Assembly: GCA_949296705.1 (NCBI GenBank)
Contig: CASFOW010000035.1
Span: 1-63,918 of the forward strand
From: an uncultured bacterium
Lineage (GTDB): Bacteria > Bacillota_I > Bacilli_A > RF39 > UBA660
Reading direction: 5' to 3'
Length of the DNA: 63,918 bases
Part shown: piece by piece, positions 1 to 8,385 of the stretch
Layout: the number at the start of each line of letters is the position of its first letter
Numbering within the stretch: position 1 is the stretch's first letter
Translations under genes and position numbers: made by a program
The notes under the pieces: generated by a model
The model's input: only the letters and a program-made list of their open reading frames with translations
What the model was told of the DNA's origin: nothing
Databases searched by the model: none

Positions 1-107
1 AAATTACTATAACATTTTTTTATTTTTTCTGCTATAATCATATTAACAACTTCTTTACTGTATTTTTTTTTATCTTAACAACAGTTTACGAAGTTGTTTT
101 TATTTTG

Positions 108-581
108 TCAAATTGGTAATTTTATTTTTGGAAAGTCCCTATAACCACCAGCTACACTAAAATTAGTATCATCATATTTACCATTAGCTATAGTCGCATG
201 ATTATGACTAAGCATTTCATTAATCGTTAAAGTATGATTGGTTTCGCCACCTATAGACCCATTTAAATAAGCATCACCACAAGCCAGTAAAAACCGATCC
301 TTAATTTGTTCCCAAGTACCACCAAAGGTAACTTGTGGATTAATCAAATTCGTAGTTAAGTAAATAGAACCAACTGGATAAATAAAATCCAAAATATCTT
401 GAAAGGAAGTAATTCCCTCTACAGCATGAATACTATTTACCGTTAAGTTCCCATCACTATCTAACTCAAAATTATTATTTGGGGAAGTAATACAAGTAAC
501 ATTTAAATTATTTACCTCTAAATTTGTATTTTCCCCTTCCTTCGTAAAAGCATTTACGATATATTCATATTCATCATTCAT
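108..581 (-). CDS. Orphan phage baseplate/tail-fibre-like domain protein, possibly C-terminally truncated
   Basis: Motif FIYPVGSIY...P...FGGTWEQIKDRFLL...GGE..HTLT..EM.SH.H is typical of phage tail/baseplate structural domains. The usual closing PPY...W.R motif is absent. Confidence 0.55.
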   Translation of the reverse strand: MNDEYEYIVNAFTKEGENTNLEVNNLNVTCITSPNNNFELDSDGNLTVNSIHAVEGITSFQDILDFIYPVGSIYLTTNLINPQVTFGGTWEQIKDRFLLACGDAYLNGSIGGETNHTLTINEMLSHNHATIANGKYDDTNFSVAGGYRDFPKIKLPI

Positions 582-759
582 TCTCTATTTCATCCTTTCT
601 ATTCATTTTTTATAATATTTTTATTATTTAAATTTTTTTGTTCAATTCCCCCCTTCACACTAATAATTTATTAATATTTTTTCATTAGAACTATAGCAAA
701 TGCCTAATTTTGCCAAAAAAAACGATAGTATACAAACTATCGCAAAAAAATTTAATATT

Positions 760-1551
760 CTAAGCTAACGCATTACTTAACTCCACAAAAATTTCTAAAG
801 GAAGTGCTTCAGCGCGTACAGATAAATCTAAAGAATAACGAGAAAGTATCTGTTCAATAATATTCAAATTATATTTCTTTAAATTATTTTTTAGTGTTTT
901 TCTTTTATATTGAAACGCATCACGTACTAGTTGAAAGAAAAGTTCTTGATTCTTAAGCGGTAACTGTTCTTCTTTCTTCGTAAATGATAAAACTACACTA
1001 TCGACATTGGGTTTAGGAACAAAACAATTTTTACTGACATCAAAGAGCTTCTTTAACTGAAAATAATAATGGAAAAATACAGTAATTGAACTATAATCAC
1101 GGCTTCCAGGTTCTGCGCTAAACCTTATTCCAACCTCTTTTTGTACCATAACAACAATTTTATCTACCGAAATATGTTCTTCGATCAATTTAAGTAAAAT
1201 CGGCGTCGTAATATAATAAGGAAGATTCGCAATGACATACAGATGAGAATAAGAATATTTTTTCAAATCCTCCTTAACATTTCGAGTCAAAAAATCTCCG
1301 TAAATAATATCAATATTAGAGTAATCCTTTAAATTATTTCTTAAAATAGAAGATAGGGAATCATCGATTTCATAAGCTAACACTTGTTTACAACAAGGAG
1401 CTAATTCCCTCGTCAATGCCCCGCCACCAGGTCCTATTTCTATCACTAAAGTATCCTCAGGAATCTCACTATAAAGAACTATTTTCTTAGGAATAGAATC
1501 ATCTTTTAAAAAATTTTGACCATATTTCTTCTTAAATTTAATCTTCTCCAT
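760..1551 (-). CDS. rsmA: 16S rRNA m6,6A1518/1519 dimethyltransferase
   Basis: KKKYGQNFL, EIGPGGG and ANLPYYITTP motifs. Start moved to the ATG at 1551, behind a GAGGTG RBS. Confidence 0.97.
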   Translation of the reverse strand: MEKIKFKKKYGQNFLKDDSIPKKIVLYSEIPEDTLVIEIGPGGGALTRELAPCCKQVLAYEIDDSLSSILRNNLKDYSNIDIIYGDFLTRNVKEDLKKYSYSHLYVIANLPYYITTPILLKLIEEHISVDKIVVMVQKEVGIRFSAEPGSRDYSSITVFFHYYFQLKKLFDVSKNCFVPKPNVDSVVLSFTKKEEQLPLKNQELFFQLVRDAFQYKRKTLKNNLKKYNLNIIEQILSRYSLDLSVRAEALPLEIFVELSNALA

Positions 1552-1600
1552 TTTTTTCACCTCTTCAAAAGTACTCATATTGTATCACAAAAAAGAGAAA

Positions 1601-2206
1601 TTAAATTATATTTTCCTTCTCGTTATCATCAGACTTAGCTTTGGAATTATTAATTATACCGACTAATTTTCCGATATCATAAATAATCACCCCAACACAA
1701 GGTAAAACAACAATTAACAGCCACCCAAGCTTACTAGTAATAAAACTACGTACATACCCAATCATTGGAATACGAAATAAGACTTTACCAATTACTTCAT
1801 CTTCCATAATCAAGGCATTATCCTCAGCATTATTATTATCTCCTTTAGTACGATAGCCAATCTTTCCATCCTCGGTTTCCACAATTCCCACTACACGATG
1901 AGTAATAGGAGTTCCATGCGTATCAATGTCTTTCGATAAAAAAGTGATTATGTCATACATTTCAATCTTCTCGGTCGGAACACGCATACTCACAACCGCA
2001 TCATAAACATTGATATTTGGTACCATACTAGGACTAATAATCACATAAACCCCAAATAAAGGAGAGCGATCCTCATGATTTTTCATTCCAATCATTTGAT
2101 CAACAACATAAGCGCCAAAAAAAACAACAATAATTAAAACAATAATCAAAAGGGAATACAAAAGTACAGTAGATAAAAAATGTAAAATCTTACGGACCGT
2201 ATCCAT
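1601..2206 (-). CDS. Signal peptidase I, SipW/ER-type (S26B)
   Basis: N-terminal TM helix, catalytic SPSMVP, ITHRV (Ser/His dyad), TKGDNN, C-terminal TM helix. Confidence 0.88.
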   Translation of the reverse strand: MDTVRKILHFLSTVLLYSLLIIVLIIVVFFGAYVVDQMIGMKNHEDRSPLFGVYVIISPSMVPNINVYDAVVSMRVPTEKIEMYDIITFLSKDIDTHGTPITHRVVGIVETEDGKIGYRTKGDNNNAEDNALIMEDEVIGKVLFRIPMIGYVRSFITSKLGWLLIVVLPCVGVIIYDIGKLVGIINNSKAKSDDNEKENII

Positions 2207-2323
2207 ATAATCACCGCGCCATTCTAATATACTTTAATCATACCACAGGAAAACTAGACAAACAATAAAAATAGTATAATCTTTTTAATCCTTGACAAAG
2301 AAAAAGAAGTAGGTTTCTACTCC

Positions 2324-2911
2324 TTACCAACCCCAACGTAAAATTTCATATTGAACATTCTTTTGTCTACCCACTACATTAGGGTCATCCGTCTCCGCAA
2401 TAAGAAAATCCATAATATTTCCTTTAATTGCACCACCTCTATCTAAGACTATTCCAACAATTGGTTCAGTTGAAAAACTAACATTACTAATTCTTACAAT
2501 ACTACCACATGGAATCGCCATATCAGCAGCTAAAATACGAACTGTACCATAAGTAACATCTTCAAAATAAATATTATTATTTCGTACATCTTGGCGAGGT
2601 GGGCAACCAACTTTTCCTGAACAACCTGCACAGTTAGCTTGATAAGCCGTCATTTCTCCTACAAAAGAAATAGGATTAGTAGGACCATATTGAAGTGCTT
2701 CACTCATATTAGAAACCGGAATAACTTTTAACTGATTATTTCGATTATCATATTTACTAACAATGTGAATAGCTTCAATTGAACGAACACCATTAATATT
2801 ATTGACAAAATTATTCGTTTTATGATTACCACTCGCAACAACAACTAACAAAAGCAAAAAGAATAAAACGAAAAACGCCCGATTTAAAATTACTTTATAA
2901 AATTTTTTCAT
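2324..2911 (-). CDS. Secreted 3D-domain protein (YabE/Sps-like cell-wall enzyme)
   Basis: Signal-like N-terminus; MTAY, AAD..IP.GS and DRGGAIKGN.MD (3D domain). Sits in the yabE position next to tatD. Confidence 0.8.
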   Translation of the reverse strand: MKKFYKVILNRAFFVLFFLLLLVVVASGNHKTNNFVNNINGVRSIEAIHIVSKYDNRNNQLKVIPVSNMSEALQYGPTNPISFVGEMTAYQANCAGCSGKVGCPPRQDVRNNNIYFEDVTYGTVRILAADMAIPCGSIVRISNVSFSTEPIVGIVLDRGGAIKGNIMDFLIAETDDPNVVGRQKNVQYEILRWGW

Positions 2912-2963
2912 AACCCACCTATTACGCTTTCGACTTTTCTATTCTGTTTTTACTATAACACAA

Positions 2964-3722
2964 TTAAATCGGTAAGTCAAATACCCTTTTCGCATTATCT
3001 GTCGTTATTTTTTCAACCTCTGAAAGAGAAACACCTTTAATCTGAGCAATCTTTTCGGCAATTAAAGGAATATACTTTGATTCATTCATTTCACCGCGAT
3101 GAGGTTCTGGGGTAAGATAAGGACTATCTGTCTCTAAAACAATACTAGAAAGAGGAATTTTTTCAACAACTTGATATAACTTACTATTTTTAAAAGTAAG
3201 AACACCACCTATTCCAAGCACAAAACCAAGCTCAATAAAAGCACGAGCCATCTCATAACTACCGCTAAAACAATGAATTACTCCCTTTACTTTACCTTTA
3301 TATTGAGACAAAATATCATAAAGTTCTTGAATCGCATCCCGACAATGAATAACAACAGGCATCTGGTGTTTAACCGCCAAATCTAATTGCTTTTGAAACA
3401 AATCACGCTGTTTTTCTTTATTATCCTTTCGCCAATAATAATCCAATCCTATCTCACCAATCGCAACAATTCTAGAAGAAGAAAGAAGCACTTCATCTAA
3501 ACACTGTAAATCTTTATCCGTAATGATATCCGCATCTTCCGGATGAAAACCAAGAGATACAAAAACATCTTTATATTTAGCTAAAAATTCTTTCCCTACT
3601 TGATAACAATCATGATTACAAAAAGAAAAAATAAGACCTTTTACATTAGCCGAATAAGCATTTTCTAGATATACATCACCTGATACAGTCGAATCGATAT
3701 GACAATGGGTATCAATAAACAT
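2964..3722 (-). CDS. tatD: TatD family DNase
   Basis: IDTHCH, GEIGLDYY, IHCFSG and LETDSPYL motifs. Confidence 0.96.
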   Translation of the reverse strand: MFIDTHCHIDSTVSGDVYLENAYSANVKGLIFSFCNHDCYQVGKEFLAKYKDVFVSLGFHPEDADIITDKDLQCLDEVLLSSSRIVAIGEIGLDYYWRKDNKEKQRDLFQKQLDLAVKHQMPVVIHCRDAIQELYDILSQYKGKVKGVIHCFSGSYEMARAFIELGFVLGIGGVLTFKNSKLYQVVEKIPLSSIVLETDSPYLTPEPHRGEMNESKYIPLIAEKIAQIKGVSLSEVEKITTDNAKRVFDLPI

Positions 3723-3781
3723 ATTTTCACCTCTTAACTACTATTCTATCATAGAAAAAATCCTACAAAATAGGATTTTGA

Positions 3782-5332
3782 TTAAGAATGACTAGATTGT
3801 CCAAGTTCTTGTAGCTTTTTTTCTTTATCCATTCTTAAAAATAATGGCTCTGGTTTAGAAACCGTATAAACTAAATTGTCAACAAATTTTCTAGAATCAC
3901 ACGTTGTATTTAATTGTTTTTGAATATTTAATGCCGTATCTGGTAAGAATGGCGCTAAAAATAAACTAGAAACACGGATTGATTCTAATAAATGATATAA
4001 AACCGTAGCTAAGCGAGTCTTTTTCGTCTCATCTTTAGCTAAAGCCCAAGGCAAAGTTTCATCAATATATTTATTACTACGACGAAGTAAATTAAATATT
4101 TCATCAAGAGCTGACCCAATCTCTAACTTTGCCATCTTCTCCTCTACTTTATCCTCTAATTGATCAATCATTCCTAATAACTCTTGATCAATTTCTTCGC
4201 TAACTTGTAGATTGCTTACTTCACCATCAAAATATTTCTGTACCATCGAAATCGTCCGATTAACCAAATTACCTAAGATATTCGCTAAATCACTATTGGT
4301 TCTTTCAATTAATAAATCATAAGTAAATACACCATCACTACTAAAAGGAATCTCATGTAATAAATAATAGCGGACAGCATCAACACCGAAATGTTCAACT
4401 AAATCATCAGCATAAACAACATTCCCTTTTGATTTACTCATCTTTCCATCTCCCACAATTAACCATGGGTGACCAAATACTTGTTTAGGAAGTGGTAAAT
4501 CTAAACTCATTAAAAAGCAAGGCCAATAAATCGTATGAAAACGAATAATATCTTTACCGATTAAATGTAAATCAGCTGGCCAATATTTATTAAACTCATC
4601 AGTACTGCCATCAGGATCATAACCAATATTAGTAATATAATTCGTAAGCGCATCTAACCACACATAAACAACATGCTTAGGATCAAAATCTACTGGAATT
4701 CCCCAATCAAAAGAAGTTCTAGATACACATAAATCTTGTAAGCCTGGCTTCAAAAAGTTATTCAACATTTCATTTTTTCTAGATTCTGGTTGAATAAAAT
4801 CAGGATGAGTTTCGATATACTCAATTAAACGATCTTGATACTTAGAAAGTCTAAAGAAATAAGCTTCCTCGCTCTTCCTATTTACTTCTCTACCACAATC
4901 AGGACACTTACCATCCACTAATTGACTTTCTGTAAAGAAAGACTCACAAGGTGTACAATACCACCCTTCATATTTTCCAAGATAAATATCCCCTTGATCC
5001 ATCATTTTCTTAAATATCTTTTGAACGATTCTTTCATGATGTGGATTAGTAGTTCGTACAAAGCGATCATAACTAGTATTCATAACATCCCAGATTCTTT
5101 TAATTTCAGTTGCGACTTCATCAACAAACTGTTTCGGTGTAGTACCAGCTAGCTCTGCTTTCTGTTGAATTTTTTCCCCGTGTTCATCAGTACCAGTCTG
5201 AAAATAAACTTCATACCCTTTAAATCTTTTATAGCGTGCAATCGCATCAGCTAAAACAATCTCATAAGTATTTCCAATATGAGGTTTTCCAGAAGTATAA
5301 GCAATTGCGGTTGAAATATAATATTTTTCCAT
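3782..5332 (-). CDS. metG: Methionyl-tRNA synthetase, short form without the C-terminal tRNA-binding domain
   Basis: HIGN and KMSKS motifs, Zn knuckle CTPC..CPDC, YVWLDAL. Start moved to 5332 (MEKYY). Confidence 0.97.
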   Translation of the reverse strand: MEKYYISTAIAYTSGKPHIGNTYEIVLADAIARYKRFKGYEVYFQTGTDEHGEKIQQKAELAGTTPKQFVDEVATEIKRIWDVMNTSYDRFVRTTNPHHERIVQKIFKKMMDQGDIYLGKYEGWYCTPCESFFTESQLVDGKCPDCGREVNRKSEEAYFFRLSKYQDRLIEYIETHPDFIQPESRKNEMLNNFLKPGLQDLCVSRTSFDWGIPVDFDPKHVVYVWLDALTNYITNIGYDPDGSTDEFNKYWPADLHLIGKDIIRFHTIYWPCFLMSLDLPLPKQVFGHPWLIVGDGKMSKSKGNVVYADDLVEHFGVDAVRYYLLHEIPFSSDGVFTYDLLIERTNSDLANILGNLVNRTISMVQKYFDGEVSNLQVSEEIDQELLGMIDQLEDKVEEKMAKLEIGSALDEIFNLLRRSNKYIDETLPWALAKDETKKTRLATVLYHLLESIRVSSLFLAPFLPDTALNIQKQLNTTCDSRKFVDNLVYTVSKPEPLFLRMDKEKKLQELGQSSHS

Positions 5333-5336
5333 TTTT

Positions 5337-5825
5337 TTACCCTTCTTTCCTATCGGTAGAGCCAAACCCATTCACTCTTTTTCGAGTAACTTCTTCTTCA
5401 CCATCTACCGTTAAATATTTAATAAATATCATTTGACAAATCTTATCTTTACGATGTACTACATAGTCAGTATCTCCACAATTCTGTAAACATATCCAGA
5501 TATGTCCTTCATTTTCTATATTATTATAATAATCAGAATCAATGACACCAACTTGGTTACACATTCGTACCTGCGAACGAATTCCTTGACTACTACGAAT
5601 CATCATCAATAGTACTTCATCAGGATTCATACAAGCCTTAATACCTAAGGGAATCTTCTTTATCTCGCCTGGAGCTAAAACAAAATCAATTACTGATTCT
5701 CCATCATAACCAGCACTTTTCTTGGTTGCTCTTTGTGGTAAAGAGTATTCTTGATATAAAGAACTATCATCATTTATATCTCGTTTAAATTGTTCATAAC
5801 TAATCTTTTCAAAATATCGCGCCAT
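5337..5825 (-). CDS. dut: Trimeric dUTP diphosphatase
   Basis: All five dUTPase motifs are present (SAGYD, RSS.G, GVIDSDY, ICQ, R..GFGST). The true start is 5825; the longer ORF runs into the T-box. Confidence 0.93.
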   Translation of the reverse strand: MARYFEKISYEQFKRDINDDSSLYQEYSLPQRATKKSAGYDGESVIDFVLAPGEIKKIPLGIKACMNPDEVLLMMIRSSQGIRSQVRMCNQVGVIDSDYYNNIENEGHIWICLQNCGDTDYVVHRKDKICQMIFIKYLTVDGEEEVTRKRVNGFGSTDRKEG

Positions 5826-5844
5826 GCTCTTCATCACCCTCCAT

Positions 5845-6060
5845 AAAAAAACGACTTTCTCGCCTATAAGGACGAAAAAATCGCGGTACCACCTTACTTT
5901 ATGAATCAATATCCATACTCTTAACTTCTTAACGCGAATAACGAATAAACCTACCTATCGATCTATCAGTTCCAGAACCATCTATCATACTTCCTTTATA
6001 TCTCCTTTCACCACCCGAGACTCTCTTATCATAAATTCCATATGACTCTTTCTTTCAAAA
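5845..6060 (-). promoter_or_regulatory. T-box riboswitch, probably Met-specific
   Basis: The minus strand has Stem I motifs AGAGAG and GGTGGTGAA, a candidate ATG specifier at 5979-5981, the T-box AAGGTGGTACCGCG, and a terminator CGATTTTTTCGTC..GGCGAGAAAGTCG-T7. It lies upstream of dut-metG. Confidence 0.92.
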
Positions 6061-6093
6061 CTTTTATATCTAGAAATTATATCATAAAAATTT

Positions 6094-6621
6094 CTACTCT
6101 TCAATATTTTTTGTCAAAAATGCATTAAACATCTTTACGGTCAATCTCTCTTGTTCCGACAACGGATTATCATCAAATAAAATTACCGCTCCTAACACAT
6201 CGCTATCCACAATAACAGGACTAATCATATAGTAGCCATTCTCATTCTTATCATCAACCAAAGAAAAAGAAGACTCCTGATTTTCTAAATAATCCATACG
6301 ATCCATACACTTATCCTGCACAAAAGAAGTAATTTCCTTATTTAAATAGTATTTTTCTAACTCCTTAGAACAAGCAATTACCTTATCATGGTCAGTAATT
6401 AATAACTTTTTCTTTAATAAATAATCACTAATTTCCACCAATTTAATTGCCATATCACTAAATTCATTAATTAAAGAAAATTTCTTTAAAATAATTTCAT
6501 TACCACTAATATAAAACTCTAACGTATCTCCTTCCCTAATTTTCAAATTCTTTCTTATTTCCTTAGGAATAACAATACGTCCTAAATCATCAATCCTACG
6601 AATAACTCCAGTAGATTTCAT
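6094..6621 (-). CDS. spoVT: Stage V sporulation protein T (AbrB-type DNA-binding domain plus GAF domain)
   Basis: MKSTGVIRRIDDLGRIVIPKEIR N-terminus with a GAF-like C-terminus. Lies downstream of mfd as in Bacillus. Confidence 0.9.
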   Translation of the reverse strand: MKSTGVIRRIDDLGRIVIPKEIRKNLKIREGDTLEFYISGNEIILKKFSLINEFSDMAIKLVEISDYLLKKKLLITDHDKVIACSKELEKYYLNKEITSFVQDKCMDRMDYLENQESSFSLVDDKNENGYYMISPVIVDSDVLGAVILFDDNPLSEQERLTVKMFNAFLTKNIEE

Positions 6622-6687
6622 ATATAACCTTCTTTCTATCATTAGTCTTACTAAGATTAAAAAAGATTATACTAAAATAAATAAAAT

Positions 6688-7320
6688 TTATAATTTTTCT
6701 TCAGTCTTGGCACAAATCTCTTGATAACGTAAATAGCCTTCTTTAGCTTTATTAATCAAATTATTATCCCGAAGCATAATCTCCATATGAAGTTTAGTCT
6801 CTAATTTACCATAAAGCCGATTTTGTAAATAATCTTGAATACGTTTTAACGTAATTTCTTGTTTTTCTGGTAATATATTTTTTTTCACATTGCGTTCAAA
6901 TAAACACATAGCTTCTTCTTTAACTGAACAAAATGCTTTTTCAATAAATGGATCCTTTAATTGTTTAGTTGTCTCTAATACAAAATCATAATATTCCTTC
7001 ATCATATCCTCAGTAAATTCTAATTGACTAACCTTTTCTTCTAAAGAAAGCTTTTTCTTCTCTAATTGAACCTCTATTTCACGATAACTATCCATCTTCA
7101 TTTGATTAATGGTATCGATAACAAAGCGATAACGTCCCGTATACTCTCCATCTTCATAAATAGATCGAATATTTTTTATTCCAACATCAAATTCATGATT
7201 AAAAATATTAATTATCGTTTCTAAAAGAGAAGTAATATTCTTTTCAATATCGTATTTTAAGCTATTAATGAGGATGTTTTTATTTTTTTCTTTAAACATA
7301 TTTAAAATATCATGATCCAT
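6688..7320 (-). CDS. Hypothetical helical protein
   Basis: 210-aa ORF with RBS and an upstream TTGACT-N17-TATGAT promoter. No recognisable motif. Confidence 0.7.
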   Translation of the reverse strand: MDHDILNMFKEKNKNILINSLKYDIEKNITSLLETIINIFNHEFDVGIKNIRSIYEDGEYTGRYRFVIDTINQMKMDSYREIEVQLEKKKLSLEEKVSQLEFTEDMMKEYYDFVLETTKQLKDPFIEKAFCSVKEEAMCLFERNVKKNILPEKQEITLKRIQDYLQNRLYGKLETKLHMEIMLRDNNLINKAKEGYLRYQEICAKTEEKL

Positions 7321-7408
7321 TTTTCTTCACCCTTATTGTATTCATCATAACAGGTTCTAAAAAAATAGTCAATTCATGACAAAAGAAAAATCGAACAAAA
7401 AAATACCC

Positions 7409-7816
7409 TTATACTAAAGGATATTTGTTTGAATACATATACAAACGTTTCTTTTTTTGATAATCGCAAGCTGAATTTTCTGGTAAATGATACATAGAAG
7501 CAAAAGTCGTCGAATAGGCAAGTAAATCTTCTTCTATTAAAGTATCAAAAATAGTTGGATCGATATATATACTAGAAACCATATTAGCTCTAGTTAAATC
7601 TTCTTGATTTCTAAAATGAACTACTTGGAAAGTATCTTTTAATTGTAATAAACAATCTGGTTGTAGAAATATTTTCTTAACATCTAAATGAAGAGATTCA
7701 GAATATAAGTAAAATTCTTCATTATCTTGATCTCTTTTTAATTCAAAAATATAAGGAACCATATTAAAATCAAATAAAATCAACAGCGAAGTATCTTTTA
7801 AACTATTATTTAACAA
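7409..7816 (-). CDS. Hypothetical protein
   Basis: 135-aa ORF with a TTG start behind an AAAGGAG RBS. Confidence 0.65.
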   Translation of the reverse strand: MLNNSLKDTSLLILFDFNMVPYIFELKRDQDNEEFYLYSESLHLDVKKIFLQPDCLLQLKDTFQVVHFRNQEDLTRANMVSSIYIDPTIFDTLIEEDLLAYSTTFASMYHLPENSACDYQKKKRLYMYSNKYPLV

Positions 7817-7854
7817 TGTACTTCTCCTTTCTTTATTATTTTGTGGCTTCCTGC

Positions 7855-7984
7855 AAACAAAAACACAGAAACCACCACTCTAGTGACTCCGTGTTATAAC
7901 GTGTAGGTTTCCCCTGTGCAGCTTTTCAGACTTTTCAGTATTTCTTTTTTCTTCATTACCTGAATATGCACACTCACTTGGCAA
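7855..7984 (-). ncRNA. Candidate structured leader RNA / sRNA ending in an intrinsic terminator
   Basis: Locally GC-rich island after a sigma-A promoter. Nested stems GTGCA/TGCAC, TTCAG/CTGAA and AGG-GGAAA-CCT, then terminator ACACGGAGTCACTA-GAG-TGGTGGTTTCTGTGT-TTTTG. Confidence 0.55.
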
Positions 7985-7990
7985 GTAATA

Positions 7991-8019
7991 ATACTACTAT
8001 AAAATGGACATTATGTCAA
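7991..8019 (-). promoter_or_regulatory. Sigma-A-type promoter
   Basis: TTGACA (8019-8014), 17 bp, TAGTAT (7996-7991). Confidence 0.7.
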
Positions 8020-8385
8020 CTACTAACAAAGTGATTCCTGAAAAAATTTAAATAATGTTAATTAAAATAGTAAACACTCGATTTTAAATAAAAAACATCA
8101 GATACTATTAATTTTTTATATCAAGTTAATCTTTTTTAGATAAATATTCTATCCTATTTTTTATTTTCAAAATATATCTTTATTAATCTCTAAAGTTTAG
8201 GAATAATAGTATGTAAATTATCTTTATCTTAATGAAACTAAAATTTCTAAATTTTTCTATATTCTAGCATATCAAATGTTTCAAAAAAAGTAGTTAAAAC
8301 GAACTAACCATATAGCCATTTTAACTACTATAAATTTTTTAATTTTTCCCTAATAATTTTTATATCTCTCTACAAGCAAAAGTCT

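Noticed and set aside
5826-5909. N-terminal extension of dUTPase in the ORF track
   Set aside because: It runs through the T-box antiterminator/terminator. The real start follows the GGAGG RBS.
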